Shown here one piece after another: positions 17,250-27,900 of a stretch of 64,000 nt of DNA. A model generated the notes under the pieces. The model worked only from the letters and a program-made list of their open reading frames with translations, was not told the origin of the DNA and made no database searches. The DNA lies in NCBI GenBank assembly GCA_029259175.1, contig JAPDJH010000009.1:1-64000 (forward strand), written 5' to 3'. Position 1 is the stretch's first letter. Each line of letters opens with the position of its first letter. This DNA comes from Hadesarchaea archaeon. Its GTDB lineage: Archaea; Hadarchaeota; Hadarchaeia; Hadarchaeales; Hadarchaeaceae. The position numbers and the translations under genes were made by a program.

Positions 17250-17822
17250 TCATCGCTTGACAGCCAGCACCAAATCCGCCCGGGTACGCTCGATGAGCTG
17301 CCTCGCCACGTCCTGCTTGCGCCTCATCCCTGGGATAACCGAATCCGCGTAGTCGAACTCCATTAGCATATCGTAGAGCTCCTCCATGCGCTCGAGCATG
17401 CGCTCCGCCTGCTGGAGCTCGCCACGCCTGATCGCGTCGAGCGCGCACCGGCGGAGCTCACCGATCACGTCCGCCACCGCCCCGAGGTAAGCGCGATAAC
17501 CCACGTCCAGCGCCCGCGGCTTCAAAAGCTTTCCGCGGAGCAAAGCCCGGAGCAATCTCGCCTCCGCGTACTCCTGCTGGGCCTGGAACACATCGCCCAT
17601 CCCCTCCAACCACGGGTCTCTCCGAACCAAAACCACGAGCCGCCGCAAATTTTTCCCGGCGCGCTCAATCAGGCCATCGGCAATCCGCTCCTCGCCGCGG
17701 TGTATGGCGTTTATCGCGCGAGCCGAATCCCTCACCACCTGCCTCGAGAGCCTGCGCGCCCGCTCTTGCAGTCTAGCCAGCTCAGTAAAATATCGCCTCA
17801 TTTCCTTGATCAGCACTCTCAC
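17250..17822 (-). CDS. Translin/C3PO family protein
   Basis: QEYAEA, YLGAVADVIGELRR, MRRKQD. Confidence 0.9.
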   Translation of the reverse strand: MRVLIKEMRRYFTELARLQERARRLSRQVVRDSARAINAIHRGEERIADGLIERAGKNLRRLVVLVRRDPWLEGMGDVFQAQQEYAEARLLRALLRGKLLKPRALDVGYRAYLGAVADVIGELRRCALDAIRRGELQQAERMLERMEELYDMLMEFDYADSVIPGMRRKQDVARQLIERTRADLVLAVKR

Positions 17823-17833
17823 GTGTTCTCCCT

Positions 17834-18283
17834 TCAGTCCCCGTGGCTCTCGGGTCGTTTCGGAACCAAATAGATTTCCGGGACCCTCGGGAAGAGATAG
17901 GGGGCTAAGATCTTGGAGGCCCTTCCCACATCGCTCGACGTTATGATCCCGACGATCTCTTCCCCTCTGACCACCGGGATTCTCCTGATCGAATGCTTGT
18001 CCATGAGCGCGATGGCCTCCAAAATGGACGACTCGGGGCGGACCGTTATGAGGGGCTTCGACATGATTTCACACACCGACACTTTCTCCAAATCCAAGCC
18101 CTTGACCACCGCACGGGTGAGCACGTCGCGATCGGTGACTATGCCCACCGGCTTTCCCTGCTCCACCACGACCAGACTCCCGACCCCGCGTTCGGCGAGC
18201 ATCCGCGCCGCTTCAAAAACGCTCTTCGAACTCTCAATCGTGACAACTTTTTTAGTCATAAAATCTTCTACGCTTACTACCAT
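17834..18283 (-). CDS. CBS-domain pair protein
   Basis: GSLVVV..GIVTDRD, IRRIPVV..GIITSSD. Confidence 0.92.
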   Translation of the reverse strand: MVVSVEDFMTKKVVTIESSKSVFEAARMLAERGVGSLVVVEQGKPVGIVTDRDVLTRAVVKGLDLEKVSVCEIMSKPLITVRPESSILEAIALMDKHSIRRIPVVRGEEIVGIITSSDVGRASKILAPYLFPRVPEIYLVPKRPESHGD

Positions 18284-18324
18284 TCAGCCCCCACATTTCA
18301 CCTCGGCGGCACTCCTTAAAACCC

Positions 18325-18750
18325 TCACTTCCTGAACTCCTCGGAAATCCTCAAAATGTTGGTCTTCCAGTACGGCGTCTTTGTGATCGCTCCCTTGCGC
18401 TCCAGATTGTTCACCAAGGCACTGAGCTTGGACTTCGACATGTCGAGCTGTTTGCAGAGCTTGTCCTGCCGTGCCTCACCCCCTACCTGCAGGATGGCTT
18501 CAAACACTTTTCGCTCGTCCTCCGACAGCGTCATGAGCGCAACGCGCAACGCTCGCTCACGCGCAAATCGATGGGAGACAATAAGTAGCACCGCAGCAAT
18601 TCCACCGGCGACGCAAACCATAACCAGAACCGCCACCAAAACAGCAAAAAAATCCAAAGAAGAGGAAGAAAACAAGTAAAGGATCGCGCCAAGCGTTGCC
18701 TGAAGAGCCACCACTAGAGCCAGGAGAGACGCGGCATCTCTGAATCTCAT
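18325..18750 (-). CDS. Membrane-bound wHTH regulator (COG2512-like)
   Basis: Two TM helices then LSEDER..Q..L...SKSKLS..LERKG. Confidence 0.85.
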   Translation of the reverse strand: MRFRDAASLLALVVALQATLGAILYLFSSSSLDFFAVLVAVLVMVCVAGGIAAVLLIVSHRFARERALRVALMTLSEDERKVFEAILQVGGEARQDKLCKQLDMSKSKLSALVNNLERKGAITKTPYWKTNILRISEEFRK

Positions 18751-18777
18751 ATCACCTTGACTATATGCTCGTCCAAT

Positions 18778-18972
18778 TTAACGGTTTTTGCTGAAGAGCT
18801 TGGAAATCCCCCACAGCGCTCCAGCGATCACCAGTGAGATCAGCGCCGGAATCATGAGAGCTACTGCCTTCGCCGTGGCGTCCACCGACATCGAGGCGAC
18901 TGGCCAAGAAAGCAGGACCACAGGCAAGATCACCGCTAGCACTATCGACAGAACGAGCTTGTTGGAACTCAT
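18778..18972 (-). CDS. Small two-TM membrane protein
   Basis: Hydrophobic ORF starting MSSNKLV, within a co-oriented gene run. Confidence 0.6.
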   Translation of the reverse strand: MSSNKLVLSIVLAVILPVVLLSWPVASMSVDATAKAVALMIPALISLVIAGALWGISKLFSKNR

Positions 18973-18986
18973 TGCTCTCTCCCTCC

Positions 18987-20342
18987 TTACTTGCCCAGCC
19001 ACTGCTTCCACGTGCTTTCGGCCCGTTCCATGGTCTGCTGCATCAGCTGCACCGTTTGCTCGCTGATGCTGGTTATTTCACCGGATTCCCACGAGCTCTG
19101 GATGTTTTCCAAATCTGTTAGGGTGTCTTCCATCGCCGTCACGAGTTCGTCGAAGTCCAAGTCTTCCAGCGCCCCGATGTATTGCTGGCAAAGCTCTATC
19201 GCCTGTTGTAGTGTCTCTTCAGAGGAAGCCCTCCAAGCGTATCGATACGTTAAGCGTTGCGCCACCACAGGGAGCACGTTATCCGAAAGCGTGTCCTTCA
19301 GTTGCTCGATCCGCTCCAGAGCACTTTCCAGCACATCTAAGTTGATCGCCCGAACGACCTGAGCCACGCTAACACCTTTGGAGAGGTTCTCCTTCACTTC
19401 GGCCGCCAAAGCTTTGAGCTCCTCCGCCGCCGCCTTGACCTCCTCGGCTATCTGGGCTATCGGAATCTCGCCAGCTTTCACTGCAGAGATCACTTCCACC
19501 ATCCGCGAGCTCCGGGCTATAGCAAGCTCGATTGCTGGCTTTGCCTCCTCCGGCACGCGCTCGTACACGTTCTCCAGCACCTCTAAGTGTTTCAACACCA
19601 TCTCTTCTGCAACGTCTAGCCCCGAGTTCTCCTCCGCCCATTGAACTACCTTCTCCAACCGGTTCTCGAGGATCTCAGTGACCCGCTCGCAAACGTCTGA
19701 ACGCATCTGGTGTGCCACCTCAGCTATTTTGTCGAGCAGGTTATCAACGACACTCTGTTCAACCGTTTGAACGGCTTGCCACACTGGTAGCTTTTCTATC
19801 TGAGTTCGAAGCTCCTTCGCAGCGTTTTTGATCTCTTGGATGTGTGTCTTGAGCTGAGCCTTGTCTACCTTGCCGGCCTCGAGCTCCGAGAGGACCTCCG
19901 CACCTCTGGCACTCTTGTAGATCGCCAATGCCAGCGCGGTCTTGGCCTCGTCCGGGACTCGCTCCAACAGATTCTCCAACATTGTGGTGTGCTTCATCAC
20001 CGCCTCGAGTGCCCGCTCGAACTTCGCATTGTCGGTCGCCCTAGCTACCGCCGAGCCGATCCGATCCGCTGCTTCGTCGACCAAACCCGCGTAACGCTCC
20101 GCCTTCCCTCGGTCAAGCATTGCTCTGAACTCCTGAACGCGCTCATCCGCAATGCTAATATCGAATCCTTGGCCTCCGGTGAACGCCTCCTTGATCCCCT
20201 CGCCTATCCGCTCCAGACCGTAGAACGGACTGTCCGGGAGAGTGTCCACTTGGTCAACGATCACAGGTGTGCTCACTCCACTCGCCGTCGCTATTACCAC
20301 TATGGCCACAGCGATCGTCGCAATCCCTCTTTCGCCGAACAT
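18987..20342 (-). CDS. Exported DUF5667-type helical repeat protein
   Basis: Signal/TM; LPDSPFYGLERIGE; repeated KH..LE...ERVP.EAK.A..LAI..S. Confidence 0.8.
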   Translation of the reverse strand: MFGERGIATIAVAIVVIATASGVSTPVIVDQVDTLPDSPFYGLERIGEGIKEAFTGGQGFDISIADERVQEFRAMLDRGKAERYAGLVDEAADRIGSAVARATDNAKFERALEAVMKHTTMLENLLERVPDEAKTALALAIYKSARGAEVLSELEAGKVDKAQLKTHIQEIKNAAKELRTQIEKLPVWQAVQTVEQSVVDNLLDKIAEVAHQMRSDVCERVTEILENRLEKVVQWAEENSGLDVAEEMVLKHLEVLENVYERVPEEAKPAIELAIARSSRMVEVISAVKAGEIPIAQIAEEVKAAAEELKALAAEVKENLSKGVSVAQVVRAINLDVLESALERIEQLKDTLSDNVLPVVAQRLTYRYAWRASSEETLQQAIELCQQYIGALEDLDFDELVTAMEDTLTDLENIQSSWESGEITSISEQTVQLMQQTMERAESTWKQWLGK

Positions 20343-20573
20343 TGTCCATCCCCTCCTTTTTTGTTCGGGTGGAGCTCACCGCGCGGCCCCTGTCACCGCA
20401 CGGATCATTGTTTTTTTACAGTGTTGATTTTCTTCAAAGCCCTATTTATCAAATCTCGCCGAACCGTTCATATCTCACATAAAAACAGAGATATTCTTCC
20501 AGAAATAACAAAAACTGAGAAGAAACACCGTTTTACCGTTCATAAGCTAAGCAAAACGCTTTAATTCAAAAAA

Positions 20574-21497
20574 TCACAAACGAATGAGCACAACTCTGCT
20601 CGCCTCTGCTTCGTCCGCAATACGGGTCCCCAACCCCCGAGCCAGCTCCTGAGCAAACTCACGAATTTCAACATGAGAGGGCATGTTCTCAAGCTTGAGC
20701 CGGACGCGCGAGTATCCCACCCACATATACCCCTTCACCTCGACGTAGTCCGGCTCGGCCAGGCGGATCAAGCGCACGTACTCGTGAGGCCGAACCATGT
20801 TGACCCCCTTCACCAGAGTCAGCCTCAGCGCACGCCGAGTATCAATCCCTTTCATGACTCTCAGGCTCTCCACAAAGCGTTCCCACCCATCGGGTCGTAG
20901 AGGATTGCAAACATTCTCGTACGTGTGGCGGTCCGGAGCAACCACTGAAACATAGAGTTGTGTCGGCAGGGGCTTCAGCGCGGAAAGCACTTCGGGATGC
21001 AGCCCATTGGACACCACAAAACTCGTCATCCCCCGACTCCTGCACTCTCTTACCAGCTCACCCAGCTTCGGATAGAGAGTGGGCTCGCCCGCCAGAGAAA
21101 TCGCACAGTGCTTCGGATGCTGTGCCTCCTCGAGCTTCTTGCGATCAACCAGAGGATTTCCTCCAAAACCGCTCAGCAATTCGCGTTGGGCACGGATTGC
21201 CTCATCCAAGAGTGCCCCGGGATCATCGACTGATCCTCTCCACACTGGAGTGGTAATCGACGTGTCCCTCCAGCAAAACACGCACTTGTGATCGCAGAAG
21301 GGGAGCGCCGGTGTGAACTGCAAACACCTGTGACTCCGCAAGCCGATTTCAGAGCCGTAGAACTGCTCCTTGTAACATACACCACGACCGACAAGACTGC
21401 GCTTGGTCCAGTGGCACACCTTCACGGCGCTGTGCCCTCTGCCCAGAACCCGATAGCCCGCGTTCTCCAGTCGGCTAATCTGGTCCGCGGAGAGCAT
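20574..21497 (-). CDS. taw1: 4-demethylwyosine synthase (radical SAM)
   Basis: HSAVKVCHW, CYKEQFYG, SHRC, CDHKCVFCWR, ISLAGEPTLY. Confidence 0.95.
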   Translation of the reverse strand: MLSADQISRLENAGYRVLGRGHSAVKVCHWTKRSLVGRGVCYKEQFYGSEIGLRSHRCLQFTPALPFCDHKCVFCWRDTSITTPVWRGSVDDPGALLDEAIRAQRELLSGFGGNPLVDRKKLEEAQHPKHCAISLAGEPTLYPKLGELVRECRSRGMTSFVVSNGLHPEVLSALKPLPTQLYVSVVAPDRHTYENVCNPLRPDGWERFVESLRVMKGIDTRRALRLTLVKGVNMVRPHEYVRLIRLAEPDYVEVKGYMWVGYSRVRLKLENMPSHVEIREFAQELARGLGTRIADEAEASRVVLIRL

Positions 21498-22470
21498 GAA
21501 CTCGGCTCAATCTTTGTTCCAGCAGCTTAAACAGTTCACGTTTGAGATCTTTGAACCTGCCACGACCGGTCATACTGGCCGCTCCCGCGTGCCCTCCGCC
21601 GCTCCCCTCAAATCTGTGCCCCAGCTCCTCCATCATTTCTCCCAAATGGATGCCCGTCTCCTCTAGGAAGTCCTCCCGCGCCCGCGCGCTGAGCTTGAGC
21701 TGGCCCTTGTCCTCCGCCCCGACGAACGCCGCGTCCGCACCGATGCGAACCATCACAGCTGCCGCATCCGCCTCAAAGGAGCCGAGCTCCGAGCACAGAA
21801 AGTGGTAACCGTACATCCGCTTGAGCTCGGCCCGCTCTACGGCTTTCAGCAGCGCTATCCGTTTTGATCGGTCTTCCGGGAGCTTCATCGACGCAAGAAC
21901 CCGGTTATAATCGGCCCCGCACTTGATGAGCTCCCACACGGTTCTGAAGGTCTCGGGCTTGGCAAGCCTGAAGTGAGCAGTGTCGCTTATGATTCCCGAT
22001 AAAAGCAAAGAGGCCTGCTCTGGGGACAGCGAAACACCCAGCTCGCGTGCGATATCGAATATCAGCTCTGACTCAGAGGCGTAGTGCTCAAACACCAAGT
22101 GAACGTTCACCGACTTTCTGGTCTCCTCGTTGGGGCGGTGATGGTCGATTACTAGAATCTCTCCTCTGAACTTCCTCACCTCCTCTCCGAAACTCCCTAG
22201 ATGTCCAAACCCGGACGTGTCAACAAGCACCACCGCATCACAGTTTAGAGAGGGATTGACATCAATCGTGTAGCCGAACTCTGAAAGAACGCTCCGGGCC
22301 AGCAGAGAAACGTCCTCAGCTGCCCCGGCCTTTACCTCGCGGCAAAACCTGCGCAAAATGTGAGCGAGAACCAGCGCGCTGGCGACACCGTCCGGATCCG
22401 CATTATGGTGACAGAGCACCACCACCCGCTTGCCGCTCAAGCTGCGCAGAGCTTCAACCACTTCGCGCAT
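21475..22470 (-). CDS. DHH-family phosphoesterase (NrnA-like)
   Basis: HHNADPD, IDHH, SDT, GGGHAGAA. Confidence 0.9.
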   Translation of the reverse strand: MREVVEALRSLSGKRVVVLCHHNADPDGVASALVLAHILRRFCREVKAGAAEDVSLLARSVLSEFGYTIDVNPSLNCDAVVLVDTSGFGHLGSFGEEVRKFRGEILVIDHHRPNEETRKSVNVHLVFEHYASESELIFDIARELGVSLSPEQASLLLSGIISDTAHFRLAKPETFRTVWELIKCGADYNRVLASMKLPEDRSKRIALLKAVERAELKRMYGYHFLCSELGSFEADAAAVMVRIGADAAFVGAEDKGQLKLSARAREDFLEETGIHLGEMMEELGHRFEGSGGGHAGAASMTGRGRFKDLKRELFKLLEQRLSRVHALRGPD

Positions 22471-22481
22471 GAAAGTGAGCC

Positions 22482-22847
22482 TTAACCAGCAACTCCTTGA
22501 GTCTGCCCGCCCTTCAAGGCCTGATCGAGCTTCTCCTGCATCTCCTTCAGGCGTTCGATCACGCGGTCCTGCTGCCGCGCCACCGTCTTTACTCTCAAAT
22601 CTAGGGTCTCTTTTTCCTCCGACAGACGCTTTTCCACCTCTTGCTTGTCCGACTTTATCAGCAAACCACCAACACTTCGATACACCACCACGTCCGCCGG
22701 GAGCTTCTGTAGTTCCTCCAGAGCTCGCTCCGCTTCCTTCAGCAGGAGCTCCAGCTGCTGTCGCTGGGCTATGAGCGCTTGTGCTTGCTGCTGGAGTTGC
22801 TGGTACTGCGCGAGCTGGTGCCGGAGCTGAGGCGAGAGCTTTTCCAT
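22482..22847 (-). CDS. pfdB: Prefoldin beta subunit
   Basis: QQLQQQ coiled coil, VYRSVGGLLIK; synteny. Confidence 0.95.
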   Translation of the reverse strand: MEKLSPQLRHQLAQYQQLQQQAQALIAQRQQLELLLKEAERALEELQKLPADVVVYRSVGGLLIKSDKQEVEKRLSEEKETLDLRVKTVARQQDRVIERLKEMQEKLDQALKGGQTQGVAG

Positions 22848-23104
22848 CCTTCACACCCCTCTATTGCCTCCTTCGCTACTTTTATCAGCCTCACGAATGT
22901 ATTTACCGCCGCGCGTAGCGCAGCTGTGTCTTTTGCTTCTACTCGCAGGCATAAAACCCTTTTCCCAACCCTCACCGAAACTGACGACCTGTCCGAATCT
23001 GATTTCGAGCACTCCGGGAGCAGCGCACGGCGCACGGCATTGGCTTTTCGCTGGTTTTCGAACTCCAAGCAAATCTCAGCCCAGGTCCGCACCGGCTTGA
23101 CCAC
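22769..23104 (-). CDS. pcc1: KEOPS subunit Pcc1
   Basis: AKDTAALRAAVNTFVRLI; synteny. Confidence 0.85.
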   Translation of the reverse strand: MVKPVRTWAEICLEFENQRKANAVRRALLPECSKSDSDRSSVSVRVGKRVLCLRVEAKDTAALRAAVNTFVRLIKVAKEAIEGCEGWKSSRLSSGTSSRSTSNSSSKHKRS

Positions 23105-23582
23105 TCTCCCACCTCTCTATCTCGATCAAAGGACCTATGCGCAGCCGCTGCTCCAAGAACTCGATGCGGTCTCTCTCCACGCGCATAACGGGAAGCTCGG
23201 AATCGTTCGTCACCGGGAGGCCCGTAAGCTCGGACAAAACCTTTGCATAAGACCCCGCTGTTTCGGAGAAAATCCCCACAACTCGTTTAGAGATCCGAAA
23301 ACCCAAGTCACGTGCCAAGACCACGCGGGAAAGGGTGGGGGCGAACCAGGACCATCTCCAACCCTCTTCTTCCTTTGTCAGAAATCTCAGCTCCCGGGGT
23401 TCTGCCTGGACAGTGCATATGATCAACACAGCTCGCTTGTCCAGCCTCTGCGCAAGCTCTATCAGCTTGCGAACCGTTTTTTCTCCACGCGGAAGATAAA
23501 CAGACCCGGACAAAACTCGACTCAATTCTCTCCCCAGTATCCTAGAGCGATGCCCCGGTCTTCTCGAAGTGGTGATAAGCAT
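23076..23582 (-). CDS. Brix/Imp4-domain ribosome biogenesis protein
   Basis: MLITTSRRP..RGEK. Confidence 0.88.
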   Translation of the reverse strand: MLITTSRRPGHRSRILGRELSRVLSGSVYLPRGEKTVRKLIELAQRLDKRAVLIICTVQAEPRELRFLTKEEEGWRWSWFAPTLSRVVLARDLGFRISKRVVGIFSETAGSYAKVLSELTGLPVTNDSELPVMRVERDRIEFLEQRLRIGPLIEIERWESGQAGADLG

Positions 23583-23589
23583 AGCTTGT

Positions 23590-23730
23590 CTAAACCACTT
23601 TCACTTTTTTGACGAGCTTCTCAGGCCGGACCTTGTATAAAACTCGGTAGCTGCAATAGGGGCACCTAAGCTTGCCCTCGGGCAGTTTTTCCACCAGCCG
23701 ACCGCATCCACCGCACCTCAACACGCTCAC
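23590..23730 (-). CDS. rpoP: RNA polymerase subunit P (Rpo12)
   Basis: CGGCG..RCPYCSYRVLYKVRP. Confidence 0.9.
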   Translation of the reverse strand: MSVLRCGGCGRLVEKLPEGKLRCPYCSYRVLYKVRPEKLVKKVKVV

Positions 23731-23737
23731 GACCCCC

Positions 23738-23965
23738 TCATTTTCTTCTCTCACCGGGCGTATAAGCCCGCCCGGCGAACTTGATCCCACACCGTCGGCA
23801 CTGCCAGATCGCCGTCCCAACACGCCTGAGTTTTTTAGCCTTGCAGTTGGGGCACTCGTACCACTGTTTTGCCTTGGCCTCCACCTCTGCGGCCCTGCGC
23901 CTCAAGGTGAAGCCATATCTCGGACCGTACTTGCCCGCAATCCCGACTTTTTTGGTTCGGCCCAT
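23738..23965 (-). CDS. rpl37ae: 50S ribosomal protein L37Ae
   Basis: RTKKVGIAGKYGPRYG, CPNC..GTAIWQCRRC. Confidence 0.97.
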   Translation of the reverse strand: MGRTKKVGIAGKYGPRYGFTLRRRAAEVEAKAKQWYECPNCKAKKLRRVGTAIWQCRRCGIKFAGRAYTPGERRK

Positions 23966-23971
23966 CTCCGA

Positions 23972-24736
23972 CTACCCCAGCAGATTTCTGAGCTCAGCGC
24001 TTTTCTCTTTGGCGAGCATATAAGCTTTTTCCACTTCGTCTCGCGTGAAGTAGAACGGCCCTCCCTTCTGCATCGCACAGATGCTCCCGTCCTCCACCGT
24101 GGTTATGGTCAGCCTCGCGTCCATCACCTGCTCTTCCTCGAGCGACGGATCAACCAACAGCTTTCCGTTTATCTTCGCCACCGTCACCGCCACGGGCTTT
24201 TTCTGAACAGGGAACCGCTCCAGCGTCCACGCATCGTCTTCGGGCGGCTTCACATCCCACAGCGCAGTTGTCGTGGCCAGCGCACACGCATCTATCAGAT
24301 TTCCGTCATGGTCTAGGACGTCGATATCCACGAACACTGCCCACACTTCCTCTCCGGGTGTTATCGCCAGTTTGTCCAGGGCTATGGTCTCGGACTCCCG
24401 GATTCCGCGGTCTACCACGCGCGCGAGCTCGATGGCGTCTTCGGTGGGAGGACCGGGCTCAAAGGTGGGCGAAGCGAGCGGCAACAGCTCGGCGTTCACG
24501 ACCAAAATGCCGTGCTCCGGCAGATCCGGGAAGGGCTCCCCCTTCTCCAATTTCACGCCCACGACCACCGTGGTGTTGCCTATTTGCACCTTGGCAGATC
24601 CGTTGGCGGTCTTGATCACGCCGCGCTCCACCTTGATGTCTCTGAACTGATTCAGCGCCCGCCCATCGACCCGCTTGTCTTGGCTCAGAAGACTCAGCAG
24701 ATAGTCCCGCCGAACTCTGGCAACTACCTCCATCAT
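23972..24736 (-). CDS. rrp42: Exosome subunit Rrp42
   Basis: [31 protein letters not shown]. Confidence 0.96.
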   Translation of the reverse strand: MMEVVARVRRDYLLSLLSQDKRVDGRALNQFRDIKVERGVIKTANGSAKVQIGNTTVVVGVKLEKGEPFPDLPEHGILVVNAELLPLASPTFEPGPPTEDAIELARVVDRGIRESETIALDKLAITPGEEVWAVFVDIDVLDHDGNLIDACALATTTALWDVKPPEDDAWTLERFPVQKKPVAVTVAKINGKLLVDPSLEEEQVMDARLTITTVEDGSICAMQKGGPFYFTRDEVEKAYMLAKEKSAELRNLLG

Positions 24737-25455
24737 TCCGTCCCTCCCACGGCGTACTTCTCCTTCAACGCCCTGCGCTGAGCCTCGTAGATCTGCTCAC
24801 ATCCACGCATCGCCAGATCCAACGCCCGTTTGAACTCCTCCTCTGTAAAATGACCGTCCATCTGAAGCAGGGTGATGGCTTTCTTCCGCGGCATCATCGC
24901 AACTGGCATATCGGTGGTCCCCCACTGATCCTCCGCTTTCATCAGATCAATCACTATGGTATTGTCAACTTTGCCTACCGCAACAGCGGAAACCAGATCT
25001 CTCATCGGAATGCCCGCATCAGCAAGGGCCACCGCAGCGGCATTTATTCCGGCCGTGCGTGTCCCGGCGTCCGCCTGAAGCACCTCTATGAAAACATCGA
25101 TCACCGCCCGCGGATAGAGCTCGAGAAACAAAGCCGGTTGAAGTGCCTCCCGTATAACCTTGGAGATCTCTATAGATCTCCGATCGGGTCCAGGACGCTT
25201 GCGCTCTTCAACGGAGAAGGGGGCCATGGTGTACCTGCATCGCAGAACTGCAAAGTCGGGTTGTGCCTCGTGTCTCGGGTGCATTTCGCGCGGACCGTAA
25301 ACAGCTGCTATCACCTTGTTGTTGCCCATCTCGATGTACGCTGAGCCGTCTGCCCGTCCAAGCGCTCCAGCGACGATCTTGATCGGTCGCAATTCTTCGG
25401 GTGCTCGCCCATCCAGTCGTTTGCCGTCCACTATGAGTTGCTCTGGCTTTTCCAT
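24733..25455 (-). CDS. rrp41: Exosome subunit Rrp41
   Basis: RLDGR..ELRP, ADGSAY, VYGPRE, DAGTRTA. Confidence 0.97.
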   Translation of the reverse strand: MEKPEQLIVDGKRLDGRAPEELRPIKIVAGALGRADGSAYIEMGNNKVIAAVYGPREMHPRHEAQPDFAVLRCRYTMAPFSVEERKRPGPDRRSIEISKVIREALQPALFLELYPRAVIDVFIEVLQADAGTRTAGINAAAVALADAGIPMRDLVSAVAVGKVDNTIVIDLMKAEDQWGTTDMPVAMMPRKKAITLLQMDGHFTEEEFKRALDLAMRGCEQIYEAQRRALKEKYAVGGTE

Positions 25456-26141
25456 TAATTCACCTCCTTTGTTTCTTCTAACATGAGTTTTATTCTGTCG
25501 GTGAGACCCGTCGTGTGGGCTTCGCGCTCTATCTTTTTGAGTGCATCGGTCACGCGAGCCACATCACCGTCGCTGCCCCATATCATTATTCTTCCGTTGT
25601 TCGCCACAAGCAACCTGCAGCGCCCAGACTTCTGGAGCACGCTGAGCATGGATCCCTTCTTGCCCAGCACGCGGGGGATCTTCATCGGCGAGATCTCGAC
25701 CAGTTTTCCTCCCTTCAGTTTTCCCAAGCCCGGCTTTCCTCCCTCCAGCAAGACCTGCTTCTTTTCATCGACCCTTTTGACCCGGAGCACGACGACGTCC
25801 TTTACTTGCAGAAAGCGCTTCAAGTTTTCTCGGCCCGGAGTCACCTTGCGCTGCAGATAATCCTGAACCAACAGGTTCGCAAGATAGGGAGAATTGATGT
25901 CCACAATCCACCCTAGCGGGTGCACGTCCACTATCACTCCGATCACCAAGTCTCCCTCCTTGGGAACGTAGGGGCCCTGCAGAGGAATCACTCGAATTCG
26001 CCTCCCCTTGATGTCGACAAGTCCGACTACCGTAGAAAAAATTCTTTTGCCCTCGCGAAACACCCCGTCGGAGACCAGATAATCTCCTTCAGCCAGCTGC
26101 TGACCCGGGACCACCAACTCTCGATTTTCTACCATTATCAT
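25455..26141 (-). CDS. rrp4: Exosome RNA-binding subunit Rrp4
   Basis: VVPG, YVPKEGD (S1), [12 protein letters not shown] (KH), NGRI. Confidence 0.95.
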   Translation of the reverse strand: MIMVENRELVVPGQQLAEGDYLVSDGVFREGKRIFSTVVGLVDIKGRRIRVIPLQGPYVPKEGDLVIGVIVDVHPLGWIVDINSPYLANLLVQDYLQRKVTPGRENLKRFLQVKDVVVLRVKRVDEKKQVLLEGGKPGLGKLKGGKLVEISPMKIPRVLGKKGSMLSVLQKSGRCRLLVANNGRIMIWGSDGDVARVTDALKKIEREAHTTGLTDRIKLMLEETKEVN

Positions 26142-26833
26142 TCAACCACCTTTATCTCGACCTCCCCCTTGGTGACCTCGTTCAGTTTCTCATATACTTC
26201 CGATTGGATTCCCGCAGGAATTTCAAGTAAAACGATCCACGAGCCGTCGTTCATCCACTCCTCTTGTTTCAGCGTCCCCAGCTTGCGCACCACCGCCTGG
26301 GCCTTTCCCACATACGCGGGCGGGATCTTGGCGGCGATTTTGCGCATCTCAAACTTCAGCGGAAGGATGGGTTGAAGCGCCTTGACGACGCGGGGGATCT
26401 GCTCCTCAGCGCTTGCAAACTCGTCTATGTGGACCTTGGCCTCTCGGAGCGCCTCTTCAATCCTCGCTGGGGGGTGGGGGGTTCCGGTCTGGGGATTTAT
26501 CGCGCGTCTAGCAATGATGGTGACTATCTGCTTGAACTTTTCTTCGCGCATCTGGCGGCGTTGCTCGGTCGTGAGCTGCACCTCGCCGCGTTTTATGATT
26601 TCCTCGGCCACTTTGAACACGTCGGTCGTTCCAAAGACCTTTTTAATCGTCTCTTCCGAAGCCGCCTCTCCCCGCCTCGCGTTCTTGAAAATCTTATCTA
26701 TGGCCAGCAGATTTCTGATATCCACGCTTTTTCCCTCTTTGAGATCCCGCGCCAAATAGGGGTCTACCAGAATCTCGAAAGTCGCACCCTGGTGGGAAAA
26801 CCTCGCGATGACCGCGTCCTCCAGCCGCACCAT
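26138..26833 (-). CDS. sdo1: Ribosome maturation factor SBDS/Sdo1
   Basis: [23 protein letters not shown]. Confidence 0.95.
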   Translation of the reverse strand: MVRLEDAVIARFSHQGATFEILVDPYLARDLKEGKSVDIRNLLAIDKIFKNARRGEAASEETIKKVFGTTDVFKVAEEIIKRGEVQLTTEQRRQMREEKFKQIVTIIARRAINPQTGTPHPPARIEEALREAKVHIDEFASAEEQIPRVVKALQPILPLKFEMRKIAAKIPPAYVGKAQAVVRKLGTLKQEEWMNDGSWIVLLEIPAGIQSEVYEKLNEVTKGEVEIKVVE

Positions 26834-26840
26834 AGGCCCG

Positions 26841-27593
26841 CTACTCCTTGGCGGACCTGGCCGGCTTCCCTTCAACCCTTTGGGCGTACTCTGCGATCTC
26901 GCTCTCACCGAGCTTGCGGAACTTGCCGGTTTCAACGGGAATCACTGCCATCTCCAGCTTCTTGGCATCTAAAGGACGCTCAACGACCCTCGACAGAGCT
27001 TCCACCGCAAGCTGGATGGTGTCGTTAAGCGACAAGTCCTCAGAGTACTCTTTCTCCAAAAACTCAACGACCGTCTGCGCTCCTCCGCCAATAGCTTGTG
27101 ACTTGTATGCTGCCACAACACCGCTCGGATCCGTTTCAAAAAGCTTCGGAGAGCCGTCACTGTCCACGCCTCCGATGAGCAGGCGAACACCAAACGGCCG
27201 AACCCCACCGTGTTGGGTGTAGAGCTGCTTTATATCCCCTATCCGCCTGGCAAGCGTTTGCACACTAATGGGCTCATCATATCGCAGGCGATTGATTTGA
27301 GCCTCGATGCGCGCCTGATCTATCAGGACTCGAGCATCGGCGATCAAGCCGGACGCGGCTGCTCCAATATGCTCGTCGATTTGAAAGATCTTCTCGATCG
27401 ATGTTTTCTCCACTAGCTTGCTGCGCAGTCTCTTTTCTGCGGCCAGGACCACCCCTTCTTTTACCTTGATACCGAGAGCGGTGAGTCCTTTCTTTACCGC
27501 CTCCTGAGCGTACTGGACTTGGAAAAGCTTTCCGTCCGGGCTGAAAACGGTGATTGCCCGGTCATAACCTGCTCCAGGAGGCACAAACGCCAT
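26841..27593 (-). CDS. psmA: Proteasome alpha subunit
   Basis: [20 protein letters not shown]. Confidence 0.98.
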   Translation of the reverse strand: MAFVPPGAGYDRAITVFSPDGKLFQVQYAQEAVKKGLTALGIKVKEGVVLAAEKRLRSKLVEKTSIEKIFQIDEHIGAAASGLIADARVLIDQARIEAQINRLRYDEPISVQTLARRIGDIKQLYTQHGGVRPFGVRLLIGGVDSDGSPKLFETDPSGVVAAYKSQAIGGGAQTVVEFLEKEYSEDLSLNDTIQLAVEALSRVVERPLDAKKLEMAVIPVETGKFRKLGESEIAEYAQRVEGKPARSAKE

Positions 27594-27642
27594 TTGCTCA
27601 CCACCTCACAGCTCGCCTTTTATCGTTCTCCGTCCGAGGTTT

Positions 27643-27900
27643 TTAACTTTTCCTAATGAATTTCTTGATGGCTCTCTTGATAGTGCCCGAAACACCCACC
27701 ACTTGAAGCCCGAGTGCGTTCAATCGCCGTTTCAGCTCTGGGAGCTGAAGGTGGGTACATCTCAAAACGACGAACCCCTCCACTCCCTCAAGCTTCACGC
27801 GCTGGAGGCCTTTGAACTCTCGCTGTAACAAAGACAACGAGGGCTCCGCGCTCGCCGGGTCTCGCCGGATCACCACATATCTGCGCCTGAGCCGCTTCAC
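27643..27900 (-). CDS. rnp2: RNase P protein Pop5/Rpp14 (short)
   Basis: RRRYVV, VLRC, GVSGTIKRA; synteny. Confidence 0.8.
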   Translation of the reverse strand: MKRLRRRYVVIRRDPASAEPSLSLLQREFKGLQRVKLEGVEGFVVLRCTHLQLPELKRRLNALGLQVVGVSGTIKRAIKKFIRKS

